A stretch of DNA of 42,236 bases from positions 1-42,236 of the forward strand of contig JAGCWB010000108.1 in NCBI GenBank assembly GCA_017962065.1, written 5' to 3'. A program made the translations under genes and the position numbers. This stretch comes from Bacteroidales bacterium (GTDB taxonomy: Bacteria; Bacteroidota; Bacteroidia; Bacteroidales; UBA932). Each line of letters begins with the position of its first letter. Position 1 is the first letter of the stretch. This document shows positions 18,959 through 27,824 of this stretch, piece after piece. The notes under the pieces are model-generated. The model was not told the DNA's origin. It worked only from the letters and a program-made list of their open reading frames with translations, and did no database searches.

Positions 18959-19525
18959 ATGAAAAGATTTATTGTTACCACCCTTTTGCTTATTATAGCT
19001 TCGGCTGCATTTGCCCAAGGCAAATATGGAGTCAAGTCCGGTATCGTAAAAGCCAAAACCACGGCCGGAGGTCATGAGACATTCAGTACCCAGTATTTTG
19101 ATGACTATGGCCGAAAAGAATCGGTCAAGCAGACTATGGAAATCCCCGGCATGGTGTCTTACGATTACTATACCATAACCATCGGCGACAAGGCATGGAT
19201 GGTAACGGATACGGATGGCAAGAAGTCCGGCAAGGCGTTTGACAATCCCACCCCTGATCTGACATTCCTTAACCCTAGTTCAGCGGTTATGGCAAAGTAC
19301 AACATGAAGTACCTGGGAGAGGAAAAAGTCCTTGGCAAACCCTGCAAGATTTACTCTTACGAGATTAAGCAAAACCGCAAAACCGTCCTCTGGACCGTCA
19401 GCGCCTACAAAGGCATCCCCCTAAAAACCGTAATCAAGAACGGCAAAAAGGAAAGCACAATCGTGGCCACGGAACTCAAAGAGAATGCCGCCGTTCCCCA
19501 GGCCGTTTTCCAGACGGGGAAATAG
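18959..19525 (+). CDS. Hypothetical exported protein (DUF4412-like)
   Basis: Signal peptide I (ASAAFA-Q); KYGVKSGIV, YFDDYG, GEEKVLGKPCKIY, YKGIPLK. Confidence 0.8.
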   Translation: MKRFIVTTLLLIIASAAFAQGKYGVKSGIVKAKTTAGGHETFSTQYFDDYGRKESVKQTMEIPGMVSYDYYTITIGDKAWMVTDTDGKKSGKAFDNPTPDLTFLNPSSAVMAKYNMKYLGEEKVLGKPCKIYSYEIKQNRKTVLWTVSAYKGIPLKTVIKNGKKESTIVATELKENAAVPQAVFQTGK

Positions 19526-19892
19526 TTCTTTATTCGCTCCAGACAGACTAATTCTGGTCATGGTCGGTCTTACTTTTGGTCAAGGTCGGCTTTCGCACTA
19601 CTGACCTTAACCACCGAATCGGCCACCCATGGCCCCATAATGGCATTTCCGCGGGCAAGGTCGGCGCCATAAAAACCGACCTTGCCCAAAACTGCCCCAA
19701 CCCCAACCCCGCCCGCCCCGAAGGTCCACCCGCTGGACCTTCAGAACCATTTGAAAATGTGCCAGGGCCCACCATGGGAACGAATTGGGGCAAAAACGCA
19801 CCCTTCGCGGACCGATAGGCCTTCGAGAGGTTCATTTTGGGCCGTTTTCGTGCCCCTCGCGGACCACGGGGAGGTGGGTAGAGTTTTTGCGC

Positions 19893-19997
19893 TGGCGGTT
19901 AAGTGTTTGAGAATCAGTGCGTTGCTGTATAACCCTCGTTCAAAAATTGAACGACGACTATACGATAACCTATTGATTATTAGCGGATTAACCGCCA
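19893..19997. repeat. 105-bp imperfect palindrome
   Basis: Outer arms TGGCGGTTAA / TTAACCGCCA; inner arms GTATA / TATAC; centre TCGTTCAA-aaa-TTGAACGA. Confidence 0.75.
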
Positions 19998-19999
19998 AG

Positions 20000-20085
20000 G
20001 AGATCCCGGGTCGGAGCCCGGGATGAGGGGGTGGAACGGAATAGCCCGGAATGAGGTGAAACGGAATGGCCCGGGATGAGGGGGG
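20000..20085. repeat. REP-like hairpin with tandem half-copies
   Basis: ATCCCGGG-tcggag-CCCGGGAT (20003-20024); GCCCGG(G/A)ATGAGG recurs at 20016, 20044 and 20069. Confidence 0.7.
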
Positions 20086-20115
20086 CGCTGGAGGGCTTGT
20101 GGCGGCACGGCAGGG

Positions 20116-20147
20116 TTTGGGGGTACCGCAAAGATTTGTTATCTTTG
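20116..20147 (+). promoter_or_regulatory. suf operon promoter
   Basis: TTTG (20116-20119) - N20 - TATCTTTG (20140-20147). Confidence 0.7.
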
Positions 20148-20154
20148 CATTCCA

Positions 20155-21597
20155 ATGGCCGACGATAAGAAGATCATACAGCAGTTCACTTCCGGGGAGT
20201 ATAAGGAGGGTTTTGTGACGGATGTGGAGCAGGAGTTCATCCCAATGGGGTTGAACGAGGATATTGTGCGCATGATATCAGCAAGGAAGGAGGAGCCGGA
20301 GTGGCTACTGGAGTTCCGCCTGGACGCTTTCCGCAAATGGCAGAGGATGCCGCAGCCGGACTGGGCACATCTGGATATGCCGATAATTGATTTTCAAGAC
20401 ATTATCTACTTCGCGGCGCCTAAAAAGGACAAGGACCGCCCCAAGGAGATAGATCCCAAGTTAGCCGAAACTTTTGACAAGTTGGGCATTCCGCTAAAGG
20501 AGCGCGACGTTCTGGCCGGCGTGGTGGCTGTAGATGCCGTATTTGATTCAGTATCAGTTACTACCACCTTCCAAAAAACGCTGAAAGAAAAAGGCATCAT
20601 ATTCTGCAGCTTCTCTGAGGCGGTAAAAGAACACCCGGACCTGGTCCAAAAATACCTGGCCAGCGTAGTGCCGGCATCAGACAACTTCTTCGCCGCCCTG
20701 AACAGCGCAGTTTTCTCCGACGGCTCCTTCTGCTACATCCCCAAAGGCGTTCGCTGCCCAATGGAACTCAGCAGTTATTTCCGAATCAACGCAAAAGGCA
20801 CTGGCCAGTTCGAGCGCACGCTAATAGTGGCCGATGAAGGCTCATACGTGAGTTACATGGAAGGCTGCACCGCCCCAATGAGAGACGAGCAGCAACTCCA
20901 CGCCGCCGTAGTGGAAATAGTTGTGGAAAAAGATGCCGATGTAAAATACTCCACCGTCCAGAACTGGTATCCCGGAGATGCCGATGGAAAAGGCGGCATA
21001 CTGAACCTTGTGACAAAGCGCGGAATCTGCAAGGGCAGTGGCAGCCACCTTAGCTGGACCCAGGTGGAAACCGGATCGGCCATCACCTGGAAATACCCCT
21101 CTACCATATTAAAAGGAGATTACAGCAGCAGCGAATTCTACTCTGTTGCCGTAACAAACAATCATCAGCAGGCCGATACAGGCACAAAAATGATTCATCT
21201 TGGCCGAGGCACAAAGAGCAGGATTGTGAGCAAGGGCATATCGGCCGGCGTGAGCCAGAACAGCTACCGCGGCTTGGTGCGAATGGGCAAGAATGCGCTG
21301 AATGCCAGGAACTTCTCCCAGTGCGACAGCCTTCTCATTGGCTCAAAATGCGGTGCCCATACCTTCCCGGATATCCAGAGCCAGCAGCCATCGGCCACCG
21401 TTGAACATGAGGCAACGACGTCCAAGATTTCCGAGGATCAGCTGTTTTACTGCAACCAGCGGGGAATCGGCCCCGAAGAAGCTGTGGGACTCATTGTGAA
21501 CGGTTATGCCCGCGAGGTGCTAAGCCGGCTTCCTATGGAATTTGCCGTTGAGGCTCAAAAGCTTTTGCAGGTTTCGTTGGAAGGGTCGGTAGGGTAA
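20155..21597 (+). CDS. sufB: Fe-S cluster assembly protein SufB
   Basis: [63 protein letters not shown]. Confidence 0.97.
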   Translation: MADDKKIIQQFTSGEYKEGFVTDVEQEFIPMGLNEDIVRMISARKEEPEWLLEFRLDAFRKWQRMPQPDWAHLDMPIIDFQDIIYFAAPKKDKDRPKEIDPKLAETFDKLGIPLKERDVLAGVVAVDAVFDSVSVTTTFQKTLKEKGIIFCSFSEAVKEHPDLVQKYLASVVPASDNFFAALNSAVFSDGSFCYIPKGVRCPMELSSYFRINAKGTGQFERTLIVADEGSYVSYMEGCTAPMRDEQQLHAAVVEIVVEKDADVKYSTVQNWYPGDADGKGGILNLVTKRGICKGSGSHLSWTQVETGSAITWKYPSTILKGDYSSSEFYSVAVTNNHQQADTGTKMIHLGRGTKSRIVSKGISAGVSQNSYRGLVRMGKNALNARNFSQCDSLLIGSKCGAHTFPDIQSQQPSATVEHEATTSKISEDQLFYCNQRGIGPEEAVGLIVNGYAREVLSRLPMEFAVEAQKLLQVSLEGSVG

Positions 21598-21639
21598 AAA
21601 GTCACGCCCGGCGTAATCGGGCATCTCAAGCAAAAAGGA

Positions 21640-22257
21640 ATGTTAGACACCATCATATTTGAATTTGCCGGCCGACCGGTACTGCTTATAGACTTGATTT
21701 CCAGTTTGTTGGGCCTTACGTGCGTGTTCCTTGCCGGCCGAAACTCAAAGTACAACTTCTGGGTGGGCTACCTGTACACGGCGGCGTTGTTTCTGCTGTT
21801 TATGCAGCGGAACCTGTACGCCAGCCTTCTCCTGCAGCCCGTGTCGCTGGTGATTAATATGCTGGGTCACTACCGATGGACACACCCCGGGCCGGAGGAA
21901 ACAAGCGATGGCAAAACTCTGAATGTTAGTTCGCTAAACTGGACCTGGCGTATTTACTGTGTGGCAGGAGTGCTTATTGTTGCCGGACTGTGGGGATGGT
22001 CGCTGGACCGCCTTTTCCCCGCAGACCCGCATCCCTACCTGGATTCCTGCGTCACCGTGCTCATCCTGCTGGCCCAGCTTCTCAGCGCCCTCAAAAAGTG
22101 GGACTGCTGGATAGCCTGGCTGCTGGTGAACATTACGCAAATCGCCCTGCACCTGAGTGTAGGTAACCTCCTAATGTCCATTGTGAGCGCCCTGTATCTG
22201 CTCAACGGCCTCTGGTCGCTCTATACCTGGGTAAAACTGTACCGAAAACAAAAGTAG
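21640..22257 (+). CDS. pnuC: PnuC-family vitamin transporter (nicotinamide riboside / thiamine type)
   Basis: About 7 TM segments; GHYRW, PYLDS, AQLL, and the WxxWxxxN motif (WIAWLLVN). Confidence 0.85.
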   Translation: MLDTIIFEFAGRPVLLIDLISSLLGLTCVFLAGRNSKYNFWVGYLYTAALFLLFMQRNLYASLLLQPVSLVINMLGHYRWTHPGPEETSDGKTLNVSSLNWTWRIYCVAGVLIVAGLWGWSLDRLFPADPHPYLDSCVTVLILLAQLLSALKKWDCWIAWLLVNITQIALHLSVGNLLMSIVSALYLLNGLWSLYTWVKLYRKQK

Positions 22258-22258
22258 T

Positions 22259-22993
22259 ATGCTGGAAATAAAGAACCTCCATGCCAAGATTGGCGACAAG
22301 GAAATCCTGAAGGGAATAGACCTTCATATCGGCCCCGGCGAAGTACATGCGGTGATGGGGCCCAACGGGGCGGGAAAGAGCACCTTGTGCGCTGTCCTTA
22401 CCGGCCGGCCGGACTACGAAGTCACGGAAGGCAGCATACTGTACAAAGGAGAGGACCTGCTGGCCAAAACACCCGAGGAACGTGCCTGGGCGGGCCTTTT
22501 CCTGAGTTTCCAGTACCCGATAGAGATTCCCGGCGTTACCATTACTGCCTTTATGAAGGCGGCGGTGAATGCCAAGCGCAAGGCCTATGGTCTGCCGGAA
22601 CTCAAAACCGGCGATTTCCTCAAGCTTATGAAGCAGAAGATGGCCCTGGTCCAGATGAAACCGGAGTTTGCCAAACGCGAAGTTAACGTAGGCTTCTCCG
22701 GCGGCGAAAAAAAGCGTAACGAGATATTCCAGATGGCCCTTCTGGACCCCACCCTCTCCATCCTTGACGAGACCGACAGCGGCCTGGACGTAGATGCCCT
22801 TAAAATAGTGGCCGATGGCGTAAACGCCCTCCGAAGCCCGGAAAAGAGCGCCATAATAATTACCCACTACCACAAGCTTCTGGAATACGTTCAGCCGGAC
22901 GTGGTGCACGTGCTAAAAGACGGCCGCATAGTGAAAACCGGCGGCAAGGAGCTCATAGATATAATTGAAACCCAAGGATTTGACCAGTTCTGA
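22259..22993 (+). CDS. sufC: Fe-S cluster assembly ATPase SufC
   Basis: MGPNGAGKST, FQYPIEIPG, GFSGGEKKRNE, LDETDSGLDVDAL. Confidence 0.97.
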   Translation: MLEIKNLHAKIGDKEILKGIDLHIGPGEVHAVMGPNGAGKSTLCAVLTGRPDYEVTEGSILYKGEDLLAKTPEERAWAGLFLSFQYPIEIPGVTITAFMKAAVNAKRKAYGLPELKTGDFLKLMKQKMALVQMKPEFAKREVNVGFSGGEKKRNEIFQMALLDPTLSILDETDSGLDVDALKIVADGVNALRSPEKSAIIITHYHKLLEYVQPDVVHVLKDGRIVKTGGKELIDIIETQGFDQF

Positions 22994-23577
22994 TGGGACA
23001 CGGACGTTACATAGCACCGCCAAAAGGGGAGTATCAAGTTAATGCCGGCGAAACCCTCAACCTGCAGTTTGTGGTGCTGCCCGGGGAATCCAGGGATATC
23101 GACGTAAGCATAGACCTTGTCGGCCCCGGCGCGCAGGCGCATATCAAGGCCCTGTACCTTTGCAAGGCCGATGAAAAGGTGAACTTCCGCATACTGATGC
23201 ACCACGGTGCGCCCGGCTGCCAGAGCACGCAAATAATCAACGGCATAGCCGGCGGCAGCGCCCATGTCACCTTCCACGGAACCATAGTGGTTGCTCCCGA
23301 CGCCCAGCAGACAGAAGCGTATCAGGAGAATCACAACATAGTTTTAACGGAAGACGCCAAGGTAGAAACCAAGCCGCAACTGGAGATTTATGCCGATGAC
23401 GTAAAGTGCTCCCACGGCGCTACGGTGGGTCAGTTAAACGAAGACGAGCTGTTCTACATGCGTTCCCGCGGTGTACCGCAGGACGAAGCACGCACCCTCC
23501 AGATGCTGTCCTTCCTGTCCCCGGTTATCCCGGAAGGCCGTGAAGATGAAATAGAAAAAGCCGTCCGCTCCCTTTAG
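22993..23577 (+). CDS. sufD: SufD, short form (194 aa)
   Basis: TKPQLEIYADDVKCSHGATVGQL, LFYMRSRG. The start overlaps the sufC stop (TGATG). Confidence 0.9.
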   Translation: MGHGRYIAPPKGEYQVNAGETLNLQFVVLPGESRDIDVSIDLVGPGAQAHIKALYLCKADEKVNFRILMHHGAPGCQSTQIINGIAGGSAHVTFHGTIVVAPDAQQTEAYQENHNIVLTEDAKVETKPQLEIYADDVKCSHGATVGQLNEDELFYMRSRGVPQDEARTLQMLSFLSPVIPEGREDEIEKAVRSL

Positions 23578-24401
23578 AACAGACCAAAACAGGCGCTGCC
23601 GCTGCCGGACATGGCGGCATAGACGGCTCCGCGAGCGTATAACTCCGCCTTGACATCGGCCAGGGCGGGGTATTTTGCAAATACGGTGGCCTCAAAGTCG
23701 TTGCGAAGATCGGCCTTCCATGTGTCGATATCCTGTCTCAGCACCTCCCGGAGCGGCTTTTCGGGAATACAGGGCACTATGCCGCGGTATGCATCGGCCG
23801 TTGATACGGCTATGCCTTCCGGTACTATAACTTCCAGTCTTAAGCTGCCCAAATCCAGAGGAAAAGGCTCCAAAATTTCTCCGCGTCCGCTGCCGAACAT
23901 GGGTACATTATAGATAAAAAAGGCGCAGTCGCTGCCAAGCCGGGCTGCATAACCGGCAAGTTGTTCGTCCGTGAGCTCCAACCCTGCCAATTCTGCAATC
24001 ATCTTTAGCGCAAAAGCGGCATCGGCACTTCCTCCGCCAAGTCCCGCGCCCACCGGAGAGCGCTTTTCCAGGTAAATCTTCATGGGCGGAAGGTCATAAT
24101 CGGCCGCAAGAAAGGTGTACGCCTTAGCTGTGAGGTCTTTGAGCGGATCCCAATCCACGCCGCCGGCCTTTGCGATACTAATCATAAGCTTTCCGTCCGG
24201 GGAAACTGCCTGGACCAAGCTTCCGTACCTCTCCTTGAGTGATGCCAGTGTGCGGCTGTAGTCGTCTCCTGTAATAATCTCCAGGCTGTCCGATATGCCG
24301 TGATAGGGGACGAAGAGGGTCTCTAGGTCGTGATAACCGTCCGGGCGGCGGCGAAGCACGTTAAGACCAAGGTTGATTTTGACGTTAGGATTGGTAATCA
24401 T
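23574..24401 (-). CDS. ispE: 4-diphosphocytidyl-2-C-methyl-D-erythritol kinase
   Basis: KINLGLNVLRRRPDGYHDLET, PVGAGLGGGSADAA, LGSDCAFF, MSGSGS. Start at ATG 24401. Confidence 0.95.
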   Translation of the reverse strand: MITNPNVKINLGLNVLRRRPDGYHDLETLFVPYHGISDSLEIITGDDYSRTLASLKERYGSLVQAVSPDGKLMISIAKAGGVDWDPLKDLTAKAYTFLAADYDLPPMKIYLEKRSPVGAGLGGGSADAAFALKMIAELAGLELTDEQLAGYAARLGSDCAFFIYNVPMFGSGRGEILEPFPLDLGSLRLEVIVPEGIAVSTADAYRGIVPCIPEKPLREVLRQDIDTWKADLRNDFEATVFAKYPALADVKAELYARGAVYAAMSGSGSACFGLF

Positions 24402-24529
24402 AAGCACAAAGATAAGCCCTAAATCGTAAGAAACACACAAAAATCTTCTGAAACAACACTATTTTTTTTACGATTGTAGGTTTTCTGCTTTCCTTTTGCG
24501 ACCTTGCCGCCGACAAAAATGTGTGAGCT

Positions 24530-25768
24530 ATGAAGAAGTTGATTCTATTTGTGCTTTTGTCCGTGGCTGCAATCTCTTGCCAGAAAGCCTTGTTCAGCTC
24601 CGTTCCACGTTCCTTTTCGGACAATTCCGGCCGTAATCCGGGAAATCGTCCGTCGGATGAGCCGGAACAGGAGGACGATGACGAGCAGCGCGTACCGGAC
24701 ATTTATGCGACGGCTATTTGTTTTCCTGTGGAGGCCGATTGGCGCGAAGGTGATAGCGCCGGAGGGGAAGTGGTGCTTTTCAAGAACGGGCGGGAGGTGC
24801 TGCGATTGCCGGCCAGCAACCCTCCGGATCCAGACAGGCACCGCATAATAAAAGGCCGGCTATGGACCGACAGCTGCGATGGGCACGAAGTTGTGGTACA
24901 ATGTGATGGTCAAGAGCATCTGCGCTACAAAGGAGACGAGGTATTCCGTGGATTTTTAATGGTAAACGACATATTATTCACCCTTGGACAGCGCCAGGGC
25001 AGCGATGGGCTATGTTTCCGGGCCAACGGGGAACTATTGTTCGAAGCCCCCACTGGTACGGTGCTTGGCGCCCCCGGCGACAGCGAATGGGAAGGCGGTG
25101 CGCTCTCCAGCGACAACTCAGGAGTGTACTTTTCTTACGGCATTCCATACCGGAAAGGTGACAAACTCACCTGGGAATACCGCGTAATGAAGGGGGCCGA
25201 TCTTATCAGAACCATCCCTGCAGGAGAATCGAATACCGTTTTTGACATAAAGGTGCACGATGGTACGGTTTACAGGACCGAGCAAAATGGCAATTCCCTG
25301 CGCCTGATAAAGGACGACACTCATATAACCGTTGAAATGGGTCGCGAAAGGAATGCCCATCTGTGTAAACTGGTACCAATAAACGGGGAGCTGCTCATCA
25401 AAGGCTACAGCATCCAGTCGTCCCGCACAAGCACCAGTTACACTTTCTGGTTCAGGGACCAGTCCAAAACACATTATGCCGTAAATAGCCGATATCCGCT
25501 GGCCGACATACTTTCCGATGGCATCCATACGGCAAATATTGCCGAGAATGAAATCGGCCGCATAAATTCAGTTTACCTTGACGATGTTCCCATAAGCGTT
25601 CCGGCAAACCGATACACGCTCACTTCCAGCCGATGTGCCCAGCTTCGCGACGGCATCCTGGCAGTGGCCCTAACAAGCGCAGAAGGGGATAATCACCTTC
25701 TGATTCATAACAGTGATACACTATCACTGAATTTCAACGGATACTTCACCTCAGTTCAGATATATTAA
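24530..25768 (+). CDS. Hypothetical lipoprotein (412 aa, beta-rich)
   Basis: Lipobox VAAISC, acidic linker; 3 nt upstream of comM. Confidence 0.8.
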   Translation: MKKLILFVLLSVAAISCQKALFSSVPRSFSDNSGRNPGNRPSDEPEQEDDDEQRVPDIYATAICFPVEADWREGDSAGGEVVLFKNGREVLRLPASNPPDPDRHRIIKGRLWTDSCDGHEVVVQCDGQEHLRYKGDEVFRGFLMVNDILFTLGQRQGSDGLCFRANGELLFEAPTGTVLGAPGDSEWEGGALSSDNSGVYFSYGIPYRKGDKLTWEYRVMKGADLIRTIPAGESNTVFDIKVHDGTVYRTEQNGNSLRLIKDDTHITVEMGRERNAHLCKLVPINGELLIKGYSIQSSRTSTSYTFWFRDQSKTHYAVNSRYPLADILSDGIHTANIAENEIGRINSVYLDDVPISVPANRYTLTSSRCAQLRDGILAVALTSAEGDNHLLIHNSDTLSLNFNGYFTSVQIY

Positions 25769-25771
25769 TCC

Positions 25772-27331
25772 ATGTTAGTCTATATTCACAGCGCCAAATG
25801 CATTGGCATCCAGGCAGTTCCGGTAACCGTAGAGGTAAACATCACCCTTGGCGTTGGCATACACTTAGTAGGACTCGCAGATGCCGCCGTAAAAGAAAGT
25901 CTCCTACGCACCGTAACGGCCCTGCAGGCCAAAGGATTCCATATTCCGGGTCGTAAAATTGTCATAAATCTGGCCCCTGCCGATCTTCACAAACAGGGCA
26001 GCGGCTACGACATCCCCATAGCTCTAGGGATTATTGCCGCCTCGGAGCAAAGGCCCATGCCTGGCCTGGGTAAATACCTGATTATGGGCGAACTGGGCCT
26101 TGACGGCAGCGTACGTCCTGTAAGCGGCGCCCTGCCAATGGTGGAACTGGCCATGAGCCAAGGCTTCAAAGGCTGCATCCTGCCCGAATCATCGGCCCTT
26201 GAAGCGGCCGACTACACCGATACCCTCATCTTTGGCGTAAAAACGCTTGATGACGTATTGCAAATCCTGGCCGAAGAAGACGATGTCACCCACCTTCTAA
26301 TCTTGAACACCGAATGTTACGGCAGTGCCCTGCAGGAGCCCTTAAGCCCGCCCGGAAGCTATATGGATTTTGCCGATATCATCGGCCAGACGGGGGCGCG
26401 CCGCGGGGTTGAAATCGCATCCGCAGGCCAGCACAACGTACTTTTACTTGGTGCGCCAGGCAGTGGCAAAAGTTCAATTGCAAAGGCCCTGGCCGGCATA
26501 TTGCCGCCCATGAGTTTGGAGGAATCGGCCATTACTTCAAAGATATATTCCGTTGCGGGCCGATCCAGCGGCCGGCCGGGTCTCCTAAGGCGCCGGCCTT
26601 TCCGCGCGCCGCATATATCGGCCTCCAAAGCGGCCATGCTTGGCGGCGGCAGCGGGGAAAACATTCTTCCCGGGGAAGTTTCACTGGCTACGAACGGTGT
26701 GCTCTTTCTTGACGAATTTTGTGAAGCTCCCAAGTCCACCCTGGAGGCCCTGAGGGCACCGCTGGAGGACCGTAAAGTGACAATTTCCCGCCTAAAGGCA
26801 AAGATAGAATACCCTGCGTCGTTCATGCTTGTGGCTGCCTCGAACCCTTGTCCCTGCGGCTATTACGGGGAAGGCGAACGCTGCACTTGCACCCCCGGCC
26901 AGCGCCAAGCCTACCTTTCCAAGTTAAGTGGTCCCATTATGGACAGAATTGATATTCAATTACTTTGCCGACCCGTGGAAACATCGGCTTTAATTCGCGG
27001 CCAGAAGGCCGAACCGTCTGAGGCTATTGCCATGCGAGTGCTCAAGGCCCGTGAAATCCAGCGGGAGCGCTTTGCCGGAACCGGCATTTTCACGAATTCC
27101 GAGATGGATTCCCGCCTTCTGGAACGCTTCTGCCCGCTTGACACCCCATGCAAAGAACTGCTGGAACAGATTATCAACCGCCTGGGCCTAAGCGCCCGCG
27201 CCTACACCCGCATAATCAAAATTGCCCGCACCATCGCCGATCTTGAAGGCTCCCCGCAAATCCAACCCACCCACCTGGCCGAAGCCTCCAGCTACCGCTT
27301 CCTGGATCGCCGGAACATTTTGGATTTGTAA
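25772..27331 (+). CDS. comM: YifB/ComM Mg-chelatase-like AAA+ ATPase
   Basis: INLAPADL, GELGLDG, GAPGSGKS, RPFRAPH, GVLFLDEF, NPCPCGY, SGPIMDRID, ARTIADL. Confidence 0.95.
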   Translation: MLVYIHSAKCIGIQAVPVTVEVNITLGVGIHLVGLADAAVKESLLRTVTALQAKGFHIPGRKIVINLAPADLHKQGSGYDIPIALGIIAASEQRPMPGLGKYLIMGELGLDGSVRPVSGALPMVELAMSQGFKGCILPESSALEAADYTDTLIFGVKTLDDVLQILAEEDDVTHLLILNTECYGSALQEPLSPPGSYMDFADIIGQTGARRGVEIASAGQHNVLLLGAPGSGKSSIAKALAGILPPMSLEESAITSKIYSVAGRSSGRPGLLRRRPFRAPHISASKAAMLGGGSGENILPGEVSLATNGVLFLDEFCEAPKSTLEALRAPLEDRKVTISRLKAKIEYPASFMLVAASNPCPCGYYGEGERCTCTPGQRQAYLSKLSGPIMDRIDIQLLCRPVETSALIRGQKAEPSEAIAMRVLKAREIQRERFAGTGIFTNSEMDSRLLERFCPLDTPCKELLEQIINRLGLSARAYTRIIKIARTIADLEGSPQIQPTHLAEASSYRFLDRRNILDL

Positions 27332-27358
27332 AATGTTAGAAAAACTACTATCTTTGCC

Positions 27359-27407
27359 ATGAAATACTCGGAAATATACAAGTAAAAAATCTGGAGTAAA
27401 ACTATGA
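27359..27407 (+). pseudogene. hicA: Collapsed HicA toxin remnant
   Basis: Promoter TTTG-N20-TATCTTTG (27325-27356), then ATG AAA TAC TCG GAA ATA TAC AAG TAA (MKYSEIYK*), then in another frame AAA TCT GGA GTA AAA CTA TGA (KSGVKL*), overlapping the hicB ATG. Confidence 0.6.
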
Positions 27408-27823
27408 ATAATATGCGAAAAGCAACAGCTATCATTGAAACGGGACCAGATCATCGTTTCTCTATTTATAGCGACAGTGATGACTATCCATATGGGATTC
27501 TAGGGGAAGGAAGAACTATTGCCGAAGCCAAGGAGGACTTTCTGGCAGGATATGAAGAAATGAAAGAGTATATTCATGACAGCGGAGAAGAATTCGTTGA
27601 AGCAGAATTCGTTTTCCGCTATGACATTCCATCATTTCTTCAGGAATTTGCGTTTGCTTTTACGCTGGCCGGCCTTGAAAGAATAACCGGAATCAACCAA
27701 AAGCAATTAGGACACTATGTAAGTGGTTATAGAAAACCGTCGGCCAAGACTATTAGGAAAATGGAAGAAGGTATCCATAACTTCAGTGAACAGCTTAGTA
27801 TGATACATTTTGCCGGGATATAG
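27404..27823 (+). CDS. hicB: HicB-like antitoxin with C-terminal HTH
   Basis: GEGRTIAEAKEDF HicB motif; AGLERITGINQKQLGHYVSGYRKPS HTH; visibly AT-richer than its neighbours. Confidence 0.85.
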   Translation: MNNMRKATAIIETGPDHRFSIYSDSDDYPYGILGEGRTIAEAKEDFLAGYEEMKEYIHDSGEEFVEAEFVFRYDIPSFLQEFAFAFTLAGLERITGINQKQLGHYVSGYRKPSAKTIRKMEEGIHNFSEQLSMIHFAGI

Positions 27824-27824
27824 T

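Noticed and set aside
19548-20085. CRISPR array or protein-coding genes in the repeat-rich intergenic region
   Set aside because: The repeats are few, degenerate and lack unique spacers of uniform length; no cas genes; the ORFs are Pro/Gly-rich and overlap in several frames.
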